From Puccinia triticina (taxonomy: Eukaryota): a stretch of 64,000 nt of DNA. The stretch lies in NCBI GenBank assembly GCA_026914245.1, contig CP110439.1, forward strand, positions 3,038,001 to 3,102,000. Direction: 5' to 3'. A model generated the notes under the pieces. It was not told the DNA's origin. It saw only the letters and a list, made by a program, of their open reading frames with translations, and ran no database searches. Position 1 is the stretch's first letter; every line of letters begins with the position of its first letter. Shown piece after piece: positions 1-12,538 of this stretch. The translations under genes were made by a program, and so were the position numbers.

Positions 1-755
1 CATTTAACATTGGAATTGTGGTACGCTGCAACTGAGCAGGCAATCTACTCTCAATAGTTACAACTTACCATTTCTTTGTAACTCTACTCCTTCCCTGAGT
101 TCCTGAGTTGTGACACGCATGCGCAGTTGTGACATGTAAGTGCTACCAGGCGCGCCAAACCACATGTACATATTTAATTACATAAGCAAAATGTGAAAAT
201 GTTTGAAGTCAGGATCCCCCTTGCCTGAGGAGGATCTACAGACTTCAGCACACCAGAACCACACCCGAGATAACCCAGGATCACCACCAAAGAGATTACC
301 ATGCTCCCAGTACACCTACCGTCACAGGCGCCTAGGATATTGACAGTAAGTAAACTCTTTCACTGAACCTTGCTTATCCAGAGTGAAGCTCTGTTTCTCT
401 TGATTGCCTCTTCATTTCTTTAACTCTTTCAATCATCAAAGATCAGAAGGTTGTCTCTGATTAAGACCTATAAAATCAGAGCAGAGTAGTAACCCTACTT
501 CTGAATCCCACCAACGTTTCCTTGTTGTGAGTGGAGGCTGTTGCACTCTCTTGGCCTTGCACAGCTGGCATCCAACTTTTCCAGGTTTAGAATAGCCCAG
601 ATCAATAATTAAAAGACTTGAAGTCTAGGCCTGATCTTCTCTCTTTCTCTCTTTCTTTCTCTCCTTCTGTTTGTATTTCTTTATCCCAAGAAATCCAACC
701 AGATTCCCCCCTTTTTTCTTGTGTCATGTAGTCACATAAGAGACTCAGGCTCACA
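1..755. repeat. LTR-like sequence, truncated by the window edge
   Basis: Non-coding, with pyrimidine-rich tracts, ending ...GACTCAGGCTCACA (CA terminus). No partner LTR or TSD is visible in the window. Confidence 0.4.
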
Positions 756-2572
756 GGGAGCACAGGCCCTCTCCATGCAAAATCCTTATTTCGAGTGTTT
801 TTGAAGGATTTTTTTCAACTGGAAGGGATTTTGAGAAGTTACCCAAATTCTTTTGGTTTGAAAGGCACAAGCTAGTCTTCAATCTAAGCAATTTTATTGC
901 AAATCAAGTTAAGGAAGCAAGGAATTATAGAGGTTTGGATATTCCACCCAGCCAAACTCAGATTCTTGGCATGCCAAAAAGGGGCAATAGCGCGCAAGTC
1001 CCTCCTGCGAAGGGCTGTTGGAGGCTTGCTTCGCAAGACACACGCCCGCAGCAGCGAGGGCCTTGGGTTAAGTTTGCCATGGCAGGTACCCGGGTGTGAA
1101 GTGCCCCATTTATTTCACATATTTTTGCTTTTTATTTGGAATTGGAACTTCATTGAACAATATTTTTTCTGAGAGATAACTCATCTGAAAGACCATCAAT
1201 AGAAAAATCAAGCATCAACTCTACGCTTAAAAATACTCTGCTTGCATTGTGGATAGAGGATTTGATCTCAATCAAATGAAGGCCAATCTGGCCTGAAAAC
1301 CCAAAATCATTTACAATCTGAAAGCACTGTGGTGCACTCCATGACTTCAAAATTACCCCACACTGGCAGAACAATTTGAACTTCAAACAATGTGTTCAAA
1401 GTCACCAGACATTTGGGCCTTACTAACAAAACCTTGTTTTTCAGCGGAAAAACATGGTTTGAAGACCCAGCAATGTCAAAACTGCTGTGGAAAACACGGT
1501 TTTCAGTGATTACAAAATGTTCTATATATATTTTATCCCAGTATCAAGGGTGTAACCGCTGCACTTCAAAAAGTGCAGCACAGCAGTTTTTGGGGCTGCT
1601 TTGCTGTGCTGATAATCAGTGGTTGGGTCACTGCGCTAACACTTTTTCATTGCACTGGAAAAAAACTTGTACTTTAGCGCGCTAAATCAGCGGCCAATCA
1701 GCATCAAACCGCTGCGCTGCCGCTGAAATCAGTTTCAAATCGCTGAATTCAGCAGCAGTGCAGCAGAAACCCCGCTGAATGCCTGCTGACCACTTTTTCA
1801 GCATGGACAATTTGAGGTCAAATGGGAGGCAGAGGGCTACCACTCAGGCAATAGTCAGCGCTGCCACCGGGGCGCTGACACCAAAAAAGCGGTCAGCAGC
1901 CGGCAGCAGCCATTCAGTGGTTTTTCTGCTGTGCCGCACTAACGCTAATCGCCAACGTTAGCGCTCTTTTCAGCGCTGCGCTAACACTGTTTGGCGGAGA
2001 GAGTCAGCGCCAGATTGCTGAATTCAGTGGTAGCGCAGCGGCCATGGCGCTGTGCTAACACTGATTAGGCTTGGATGTTAGCCCTAAACTGCTGTCACCA
2101 GGGAAGCTTTGGGGGCACTCCCCAGGGAGTGCCACAGCTGAATTTGGGGTTAGTTTTTGTCTGAACTGGGGCAGAAGTCCTTACAATGTGATGGTTAATT
2201 GTTCAATAACTGGGCAAGAACTATAGACCAATCTAATCTGGAGTGATATGTAACCGTTGGACGTGAACTATCATTCAACTCTGTTGAATACATCTTGAAG
2301 TCAAGTTCATGTCAATCCTAACTTCAGTTCTACATTTCAAAATCAGGTAGCTCTTGCTTATCCAATTTTTTTTACATTGGGGTGAACTCCCTTCATCAAA
2401 CATATATCACACCTGAAACACAACTGCCCAGATTTGGATAAAGAAAATTTGAGAAGTGCAAAATGTTTTAATATTTGCACAAGAGCAGTAGAACTGTATT
2501 TTGGCTGGGTACAAAAGGGCAAAACAGTTCATAAATCAACCAGCTGCAAATGCCCCTCTGTTCTAAAAAATG

Positions 2573-3487
2573 TGTGATTGGTGTGTGATTTGTCACCCTA
2601 TTGTACGCGCGTACAATAGGGTGAGGGGGTCCACGATTGGATTTCACCAGCAACTTTTTATCACCTCACCAGTAGAGATGCGCACGCTGCAAAATTAAAT
2701 TTTTAGCCTCACACCAGGAGGATTTTATGCTGGCTGAGCAAAGGAAATGTACTGGTGCCCATCACACCATGAACCTGGGCGGGTCAAGACCGGCCATCAA
2801 TCTCACACACCTCGTTTATCAATCGGATTCTCTAAATTTTTATGGTCCATGTTGGACCACCAGAAATGGTTTACCTTTTCTGGTGGGCATTTCTGGTGGT
2901 GATTTTATGGCCCAAAGGAGGACCAGCAAGAATTTTTTTAAGGCTCCACCAGAAAGTTTTTATCCAATCGTGAACCCCCCTAATAGATTGACAAATCACA
3001 CATAATTCACACACTTTCCAGACCAGAGGGACATTTCCAGCTGAATTTTTTCCAAACCGTGTCACCCTCATTTAACTGGCAAAAATTCACCTTTGGTCTG
3101 AAAAGTGTGTGATTTGTCACCCTATTGTACGCGCGTACAATTATGGTTTCCAAAGTTGGAATTCATGCATGCATAAATGCCTAAATCATAAATTCATAAA
3201 AATTCTTTGGCTGGGAAAGCCAAAGATTACTTAAGCAGATTGGTGAGATCCCCTGCAAACAAAGTTTTATGAATTTATGATTTATGCATTTATACATGCA
3301 TGAACTTCAACTTTGAAGACCATAAATAGGGTGACAAATCAGGCACTTTTCATACCAGAGGGGGACTTCTGCCGAGTAAATGAGGGTAAAATTTAAGAAA
3401 ATATTAGTGTAACTGCCCTGATGGAATATGATTTGTCACCCTATTGTACGCGCGTACAATAGGGTGACAAATCACACACCAATCACA
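2573..3487. mobile_element. Inverted-repeat element carrying three copies of a long palindrome
   Basis: Ends TGTGATTGGTGTGTGATTTGTCACCC... and ...GGGTGACAAATCACACACCAATCACA. Palindrome TCACCCTATTGTACGCGCGTACAATAGGGTGA at 2593-2624, at ~3117-3334 (interrupted) and within 3429-3474. Confidence 0.6.
3142..3324. mobile_element. MITE, TAWGG-terminal family
   Basis: TIRs TATGGTTTCCAAAGTTG / CAACTTTGAAGACCATA with AAT duplicated. Removing it restores the palindrome GTACAATAGGGTG. Confidence 0.85.
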
Positions 3488-3919
3488 TTCTGTTGAGGCC
3501 ACAGCAATGGGTACAGGATGATGAAATGGTTCCAACACTATTCAGATTGACTTCATCCTTGGGTAAAAACAATGTGTGAGTGGTGCTTTGCACTTGAGTT
3601 GAACTTTGGTTACAGACAATTTGTGTTCTGTGGTCCAATTTAGTTACTACTGATTTACAGAAGAGTTCCAGCTGAGTTATGCATACTTCATATATACTTG
3701 TATATCATTTTATGTTTGATTACACATATGATGTAGTAGACATTGCGCTGAGTTATGAAAAAAAATTCAAGGTAAGGCACTCCCTGGGGAGTGCCCCCCA
3801 AGCATCCCTGGTGTGTGCTGCGCTAAAAGTGCTGCTTTTGTCAGTGCAGCGCAGTGGTTACATCCTTGCTGGTATGGAGCTCCTATGGTGTCAGACTGTA
3901 GGCAGTGCGAGAAGAGAAA

Positions 3920-4360
3920 GTGCTGTAAAACACAAAAACAAAGCCCTATTGAGCTTCAGGAAAAGGTCTGCTTACTTGTAAATCAGACCGGCGGAGGAAA
4001 ACTTTCTGTGATGGTCTCCTGAATAGGTCTCTGAGAACTTGAGTTGATGGTAATTATAACAATGATGTGCTGGGTCATATTTTCCACCTACATCAACAAC
4101 AATATTGCAAGTTTCAAGCACAGCGGGATCTCTGGTTCTCACCAAGCCTATGTATCAGAAGACAAAATTCAATCATATCACTTTCATCCGTCAAGTGTAT
4201 CTTTCAATTGCTGCAGAAATAATTATATATAATAGATCAACAGAAAGAAGAGAGACAGACCAGATGATTTGAATTTATCCAAGCTTCTCAAAAAGCTGAA
4301 AGCCAATGCTTCATCAGCATGGAATGTGCCACTATGAGTTCCAATCAGAGGTGAGTCAAA
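3920..4360 (-). pseudogene. MYG1: MYG1 exonuclease pseudogene fragment (N-terminal exons)
   Basis: PLIGTHSGTFHADEALA, intron, LVRTRDPAVLETCNIVVDVGGKYDP, a frameshift/stop at the YDHHQ motif, then FSSAGLIYK. These are the conserved MYG1 motifs. Confidence 0.8.
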
Positions 4361-6175
4361 GTCTTCTTGACCTCTCCAGAAGACATGTTTTCCAAGGCCA
4401 TGTTGAATGTTCCTATGCAACAGAAGTAGGGGGGGGGGGTTGGAGAAAGCTTGCTTGGATGGATCAAAGGGACTGTTTGAAAAAGATTTGCTGTTCCAGT
4501 GGGTATGTCACAATGTACTTATGCCTGCTGTTGTATCTTGTATTCCTCAAAGATGAGGAGGATGGAAGATAGGAGGCCATGATTGTGGACAAAGGTGTCT
4601 GACAAAAGCTTTGCTTCAAACCGTTCCTATCACCCAGGACTAGGGTTGCTCTCTTGTTGTATGAACACTGCTGTGGATGGTCAAGCTGAAATTTTGAAAC
4701 TGCTTCAGCCCGTTGAGCCTGTACATATATCACAGCCTCAACCAATCCAGTTCTTCAGCACCACCACATTGGAATTTGGAGTGGAGCAACCAATGAAATC
4801 AGCAGGCCTCCCTCCTCAACACACCTCAAGTATTCAGGTAAGTTTCAATCTCACCTCATCTTAAGAATTTCCCCCAGCTCCAACTCAATTCCATCCAATT
4901 AGCTTTTTCGTACTGTATCTGGCAAGAACTAATGGCTAGCTCAACCATGAAGACTCAAGATGTCATAGACCTCTCTTCAATAAACATCAAACATCAGAAG
5001 CACTGGAACCTATGAGCTGAGCTTGCACACCACATTCAGGACACACTCAAGGAGAAGTTTCTACAAATCCTGCATCCAATCTTTGGCCATATAGAGAGGA
5101 TGACAATGTATGAACTAGACATCAATAGCTGTTTCCAAGAAGCAAATTTGTTTGATCCTCTCAAGACTCAGGCTCTCTTGTGGGAGTGGTTTTCAAGGAA
5201 AGGCAATTGGGATATCTTCTACAACACCATGGAGCTATAAGGATCATCCCATTTTTACAAAAGTAAAGGCAACCCGCAAATCAGCCTTGTTGGATTCACG
5301 CTTGAAGACACAAAAGCACTACTCAATCTTGACTTCATACCTCCTCCCACTTATAGATGTTTCTCAAGCAAATGGGATACTTCCAACAAACAACTCACAG
5401 AGCATCTTGGGATCAAAATGGACAAGATGAGGAAATCACAAGGCTACTCCCCTCTAATTGTTTTGGAGGACTTGAGGGACTTGCTCAGCCAGTCCTCAGC
5501 CTAAGTAGGTCCACCATTCTTCCTCTACCTTGATTGGCTAGGCCACTAACCCGAACTATTACTTCTAGGATTCTACTTTCTCTTTACATATGTTTCTGAT
5601 ATCCTTATTTTTACCTGTCCATTGTTTTGACTACCAATCCCGCTGGATGTATGCAATTCTTCTTGCTTTTGCAAATCCATGCCACCAGGAAAAATGTGTT
5701 GTCACTCAAGTTCTCAACATTGGGTGACATTGTGTGAATTTGGGTGCAGCTTTGGAGCTGCATCCACTCCACTCTTCCCACCCACAAACATATGCACTTC
5801 AGCAGGTCTCCGACTCCCTCTTGGGTCGGTCCTCGCAAGCACTACACGTGCTGGATGACTGGCCCTGGTCTTCAGCAGACTACAGTCAAGTCCGCCGCCC
5901 AAGCCACTCAAGCAACTCAGCCAATCAGCACCACCACTCCATTGCAGCCTTTTCTACTGGACAATGGCCCTACCAGCTCTCTGGGATAGCCTAAGCTGTG
6001 CTCAACTTTCTACTATTTTTTAAAATCCTCAATGTAGTATCACAGTCAAATGCATCCATTGATGAATTTGTCAGTGCAGCACGTAAATTATCTGTATATG
6101 CATGTGAACTCGGGGAGTAACTATTCATGTATATTGGTCATCGGCTTCATCGCATGTGTCATTCAGGAAAGAAGA

Positions 6176-9100
6176 TCAAAGTTGGTTGGATAAAAAGTCG
6201 ACAAGTAAAGACTTGGATTGGGTGATCATGTTGAGAAAGTGAACAAGCCGACTCTGAGGGATCATTACGCCAAAAAAATCAAGATGGTTTGATGAACTAT
6301 CGGTAAGGGGTTGCTTGATGAGCTTGTTTAGAAAGTAGTCATATCCAGTTTGATGGGTTTCTTCAACTAAAAAGCCAAGAAACGATCGAGATAGACTTGA
6401 GTTAGTCAAGAGTTTTTTGAAGATTGTTTCGAGCAATGAGCGGTCTATTTTTATCGACTTGGTGGATGATGATGTAGCCGAGGTTGATATCGCTGATGAC
6501 GATGGAATGAGGGTAGGTGAAGTGGAGTGGATCGAAAGGAAAATCAAACTGATCAAGGTGGTCAAGAATTCTTGGGTTTTTTGTTTGAGACATCCAAACG
6601 GTAAAGGCTGAAATTTAGACCAGTGGTCAGATACCAATTAAGCATACAGTCAACTTCTCTGAGTCGTTCTTGATATGAAAAGAAAAAGAAAATACCTTTA
6701 ACACGGTAATCGGGAGAGATCCTTTCGCTATCCACCATCCATATGCCCAAGCAAGATAACGAAGCTTTTTGAGATCTACCGAATGACCGTCACTGCTGTC
6801 CTGTTCGAGAGTCATGCTTTTTAACATTTCCTGACCCCCGACCTCCTTTTCACCGAGCTCTCTGAAGAAATCCCAGAGTAAGTACTGCATCGTGATCTGG
6901 ATCGATCGAGATTCAGATGCTAATTTTTGTCCAATCATCGTGTAATATGGGTTATAGTTCTTTTCCTGTAGGTATTCATTAAATGACAGGTCAGTCAGTT
7001 GGATATTTTTACTTACTCCAGGGAAGGTATTGAGAACGTTTCAAGTTTTCTCTTGTTAGTTTAGGTGATTGAAAAGTGGCGAACCTTTCCGAGACAGTGC
7101 AGAAGAACTCGAATAATCTCTCTTTGTTGCACCGAGTTTAGTCCTAGCTGATTAATCTTCTCACACGCATCGACATAATCCTACATGGTGGCGAGCAAGG
7201 TAGACCCTCGAAAAGCATATGAGGAACTGGTCACATGAGATCAGGGCACTGGGAAAAGGAAAGTCGAGACGGACCTCTCCAGTCATAATTGCGTTGAAAA
7301 TGCTCCGACGCACATCGGTGTTCATACCTTGGCGTCTGGCTAAGTCCATCATTACCTTATCGGTAGAATCATGAGGAGATGCATCCTGTGTTCGGCCTTG
7401 TAGTTGAATTTTTCCATCGACCAACGGATTTCCATTCCAGCCAGCGCCAATCAGCCACCACTTCCCCTTCTCATGGGCCTCTTGCAAATCCTTCAATTTG
7501 AATTGGATTGGTTCTGGATCCAAGCCTAAAAGAAAAAAGGAAGAATACTTAGATCAGTAGTGGAGCAGGAAATGTTTTCATGATGGAATCTTCCGAACTC
7601 GTCTCCTACCTGTTTTCTTAGATAATCCTCCGAGATATTTCTTCAGATTTTCTTGAAGTTCTTCAGGGGTCCCACTGCTCAATTGTGGCTCTTTGCGAAC
7701 TTTGTTATTCTTCAAATCCGTCAAGGTGTCCAGCATGAATTTGGTTCGGGCACTATTTCAAGCGGGGAGAAAGTGTATTTTGGGTAAGTTACCGATCAGA
7801 TGAGTTAAGAAGGATATTCATATGTATAAAAACCTGACTTGGGGTTTTCGAGATTTTTTCGCCTCCCTTGGACGATAATAATGATGTCCTTGAGGGCCGA
7901 TGGGTCATCATGACGGAGACGCAGTCCGGAGGCTATTGGCATCAACAACTTCAGATTAATCCAAAGCCACGGATCTGAGACTTGAATTGTAGAGGAAACT
8001 ATACCTTTCAACAAAACTATCAATCCCTCCACTCTATGTTCACTCAATCCGTTTTCAATCAACAATCGAACGATATCGTATACCAACATGCAGCTAACAA
8101 CTTGGAAGAAATACAGGTGCGATAGAAAGCCCAGCAGGTTGATACCACTCTTTCCAAATTCTTCTGCGGGAGTGTTCATCGGATCCGCGGTGTCGTATAT
8201 CTCGCAAATCTTAGAGGCCAGTTCAGCAATAAAAGTTGCTGCCCAGCCAATATCTACCCCACTAACTTGTACACCGCCTCGAGTAATTGCAGAGACCAGA
8301 GCGGCATAGGTTACTAGTAATGCGGGACTTAGAGAATCTTTCGATGATATCAAGCCGAGGATAAGGTCGGCCAGCCCATGTGTGATCACTGCTCTCGGAT
8401 GTGATACGTAAAGGTCTCGTAGGCTTTCAAGACAGACGGGTACAGAGGTTGGCGAGACGCGGTTGAGGAGCCCCATCATTTGACGCTTTAGACGAAGGTC
8501 TAAGGGTGGTGCGTCCGGCTTCCCGATGTCTTTGGGTGCTTCCTCCTGTTTTGATCGCATGTGAGGAGGTATATAACGTTTTAGATTATCAGAAGATAGT
8601 ACGGATTCTTGTGGATCCGGCTTTTCTGCAAATCGACTCTGTCCCAATTTATGCGGTTGATTAAGTGCCATAGATGCTTCTATTCGATCCGAGTCGTGGT
8701 TAACTAGGTTATCGTCCCCAGCAACATTATCTTCGCAGCCAAGCCAGGTAGATTCCGAATCCAAGCTGTGGCCAGATTCAGAGCTCAATTCAGCAGCCTG
8801 CATGTCACGATGTGACATTTTTTTAGAAAATATGCAATTGTTGGTTGAGTTTCAGCTGACCCTTTGAGCATCAAACTAGTCTGAAGAAAAAGGGACACGG
8901 AGAGATAAAAGAAAATCTCACGTCTTCGTCCAAATTTACATCTACATTGACCCTGCCATCTGGATCCTGCAAAGTGTTTAGATTTTCGACAAGCTGATCC
9001 AATTCATCCAGCCCATCAAATAAATCTGCACATAGTTAAGACCCAGAAAGCTTGGTTTAGCCCAGTTTTGTTGTTGCAGACAAATCAAGGCCCCAACCTT

Positions 9101-9663
9101 CCAATCCATCCTCTTGGAATTCCTGACGTAGCTTGGCTTTTGATTGCTGGCCAGTCTTCAAACCTAATTGAGCTTCTAACCATGCTATCTGTTGATCTTC
9201 GAATTGCTCCTCTTTGGTTCTCGATTTGAGTGTTTGATCCTTGGTTTTTTTGACTACCTGAGGTTGCTGTTGTTTATTCAACAGTTTTTCTAAAGCCGTC
9301 CGGGATTCAAGTTTGGAGCTTGAAGGTTCTGGAACCTCATGAGGATCATCATCGATTTTCCGTTTCTTGTTGGATTTCGGCTCTGATAGAGATTGAGCCC
9401 GTCGATCGGCCGAAGAAGGTGGATTCTTTGAAGAGGATTTCTTTTGAGTTGGCTTGGATTTGGAGAATAATTTCTGATTCTTACGCGCCTGCCAGCTGTT
9501 TGAATTTGAGGTGACGCTATGACCAAGTGCGGTAAGCTCAGCAGCTAATTGAGGAGGAAGGCTTAAAAATTTTCTTTTCTGAGTCGAATGCTGATAGGGC
9601 TGGCAATCGATCGATGAGTTAAGCCACAAGAGGTACAGCTAGAAGAGTTCGGATGCTTACCAT
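6176..9663 (-). CDS. SGD1: SGD1/NOM1 nucleolar MIF4G + MA3 domain protein (multi-exon)
   Basis: Motifs KRYIPPHMR, GLLNRVS, LRHDDPSALKDII, KGKWWLIGAGW, GMNTDVRRSIF, YNPYY and QYLLWDFFRELGE across ORF-track pieces joined by GT-AG introns. ATG-only first exon at 9663-9661 followed by GTAAG. Confidence 0.88.
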
Positions 9664-10160
9664 CGGGAGTTCTCTTTGCGAGTGTACTATCTGGGAAATG
9701 GATTTCGTTCTTGCTCACCTCTCCTTGGCCGTTTCCCCTGAGCCGAGTCCAGCTGAGTGCTGCTGCGGCATGCATGCGGCTGTATGTATGCGTCTGAACT
9801 GCGGCTGTTAAGCTCGAACTGCGGAGGCTCCGGTGTATGCGTCTGCCGTCGAGTTTCGAGTGGCCGGCCTCCGTGGCGGATCCCGAGGCGCGTCCATGCC
9901 AGACCGTGGCCCGGCCAACGCAAAACACTGCCAAAACGCCCCCCCCCCCCCCCCACCCACGCCCTATGGAAACAGGATGTGAGGGTAAATAAATGTGTAT
10001 TTACATACAGCGACTCAATGTTCTCTTCCGTCTGAGGCTGCGACAACTTCAGAACTTGGTGTTTCATCTGGTTTCATTCTGATGAAATGCTGGTACCCTT
10101 ACCCTTAATTCTGCACTCATTCTTTTCAAAACTCGCACATTCAAATCATACCCCCAGATT

Positions 10161-12538
10161 ATGATAGGAATGTCGCTGATATACTGGATTAGTATCGTTT
10201 GGCTGGTCTCATCGTCCTTGACTGCTGTACCACTTCATCTTAATCGAAGGGCGTTCATCGCCGCGAGCGTGTCTGGAGAAAAACTCGCCACGGTGCCGAA
10301 GTCGGTCATGGCAAGCCGAGCCCCGATTATTGCAGAGGAAGCCTACTCTACTTCACGAACCGCCGAAGCTTCATCACTCAGTACGATAGCCGTCCCAAAC
10401 CTAGAAAGCACCAAGTCACTTCCCAAGAAACCTGCCCCTGGCTCGGAATCGCTATCATTAAGCCTCGACATCCCCGAAAAAGATTCAATCAACCACTCGC
10501 AATCACCAAATTTACAAAGCTCCAAAGGAATGACTGAGACCGAAGTTGTTCAAGCCAAAGTTCTTACGTCGTCTCAATCGCAGAAAGCTACGAGTCAAAT
10601 CCCAGGAAAACCAAAGCCTGGGCCTCCAGACAAGTTGAACCGTGGACTTTCTGGCCGTTGGAGTTATTATCTGAAAAAGAAGATGCGTAAGCTGAAATTC
10701 TGAAGCAGTACCGAATGCACCTCTCCCTCATAGCCGTGGAGTACATCTGATTCGATTTGGGAGCTTCATCACTTTGGGTAAAAGTCAAAACAATGAAGTC
10801 AAACAGGTTCACGATCATCTACCTTTTCAAAGCGATCATGAAGAAAATCAAATTTTATTCACCTCGGCGATACGGTCAGTGGATAAAGACGCCTAAGATA
10901 AATCTCCAAGAGAGACACACGATGTCTCACTGATATTTTATTCCTTCTGCAGCATCGGAAAAATCGGCAGCGGAAAGGGCACCCATCGGGCGAAAAGCTT
11001 CCGGGGTCAAAAAGCTGCCATATTCCCCTTCTGAAAGAACTGGTGTTCAGAAGGAAGGTGTGGAGGCAATTGGAAGTGAAACTAGCGTGCCAGAGCTTGC
11101 CAATTTGCATGGCACGGACAAAAACTTGGCCCACAAGATAGAACAAAGTTATGGTGAGTATCTGTGTTGGACCACTGGGGAGAAATGATTGATTTAATTG
11201 TTTAATCGGCATTTGTTAAATTTAGCGCCTCCAGTGACTTCGTGGAGTCTATACGGCATTTCATCCAAAGTTTACAATTCGCTCGTAGATACCATCAGAA
11301 CACGTCTCCCTCGCGGTCCCAGTCAGTAAAAAAATCTAACCAATTTTCTTGAACATCTCAAGTGAACTAAACAATATATTCAATCCAATTCATCGCGCGT
11401 AGCTCAATCCTCGACGCCGGAAGCTACATCCCAGGCATTGGCGAAAGTAACCAAACCTACGGATTCCGAATCCATATCTCCAGCTTCTGCGTCCACCAGT
11501 CACTTGGATGAAATATCCGGGAGCGAATCGTCTGTTGACAAACTTGAACATCCGCAAAAAGAGTCTGAGCTAAAGGAGCCGCCTTCACCTACCATTGATA
11601 AGAGTACGTTTCTGCAGCTCATCTCGCCAACAATTTAGATTCCGTATTGTACCGCTGGGCAAAGATGATTGATTACATTGACCGACCGACATTTGATCAA
11701 TTAGCGCCTCCATTGGTTTCGTGGAGTCTGTATGGCATCCCATCCAAAGTTTACAACTCGCTCATAGATACCATCAGAACACGTCTCCCTCGCGGCCCCA
11801 GTCAGTAAACAAATCTAAAACAATTTTCTTCAACACATCAAGTGAACTAAACAATATATTTGATTCAATTTATCGCGCCTCGGCCTAGCTCCATCCTCGC
11901 CGCCGGAGTCTACATCCCAGGCATGGGTGAAAGTAAGCAAACCTTCGGATTCCGAATCCATATCTCCAGCTCCTACATCCGCCAGTCACTTGGATGAAAT
12001 ATCCGGGAGGGAATCTTCTGTTGAAAAAGTCCAACATTCACAAAAAGCACTGGACTCAGAGGAGCCGCCTCCACCTGGCATTGTTGATAAGCGTATGTTT
12101 CATAGCTAATCTCGCCAACATCTTATAAGATTAGATGATTCTAACCCAAGATGAGACATTTTGTTCGTTCGAAAATCTGCGGATCTGATAGAGGAACTTG
12201 CACGAGCTCAATTGGCACGCTTGGTGGATGGAATTCTGCAGCCAATAGTTTCAAGATATCTGACACCGGAAAAGACTTCACGATTTGTCGATAAATCATT
12301 ACGTAAAAAAAAACCTTTTGTCAGATGGGCAGCCAGCTGGGTCCCAGACAAATATCCACACAACTTCATACGAGACAAAGTAGCACCACCGTTTGTACGA
12401 GCGTTTGCGAGTAAGGCGGCGAGGATAATCATGAGGATTTCACCCGATAATATTTTTGAGCTCTTACAACAACACTCCATCCAATTCTTAGCCACTGTCA
12501 ATAAAGCCAATGTCCACAATATACCACACCCAGGATAG
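10161..12538 (+). CDS. Predicted secreted Ser/Pro-rich protein (candidate effector), about 8 exons, with an internal duplication
   Basis: Hydrophobic N-terminus MIGMSLIYWISIVWLVSSSLTA. The exons join in frame through phase-1 GT-AG introns to the 12161-12538 ORF. The first acceptor is uncertain. Confidence 0.7.
11221..12120 (+). repeat. Tandem duplication (period ~479 bp) of an exon-intron-exon unit
   Basis: 11221-11633 and 11700-12120 align, including the intron sequence. Confidence 0.9.

Larger units (their letters stand above)
2096..3813. mobile_element. CAC-terminated TIR element with 3-bp TSD (CACTA/CMC-like, non-autonomous)
   Basis: 38-bp TIRs at 2096-2133 (CACCAGGGAAGCTTTGGGGGCACTCCCCAGGGAGTGCC) and 3776-3813, with TGT on both flanks. 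Confidence 0.75.
1545..3868. mobile_element. Non-autonomous TIR DNA element with CAAGG termini, hosting nested insertions
   Basis: Left end CAAGGGTGTAACCGCTGC; right end reverse-complements to CAAGGATGTAACCACTGC. Subterminal GCGCTG/CAGCGC motifs. Degenerate 7-bp flanks CCAGTAT/CTGGTAT. Confidence 0.7.

Noticed and set aside
4560..6000. Decayed coding sequence
   Set aside because: Fragmentary ORFs with no family I can recognise.
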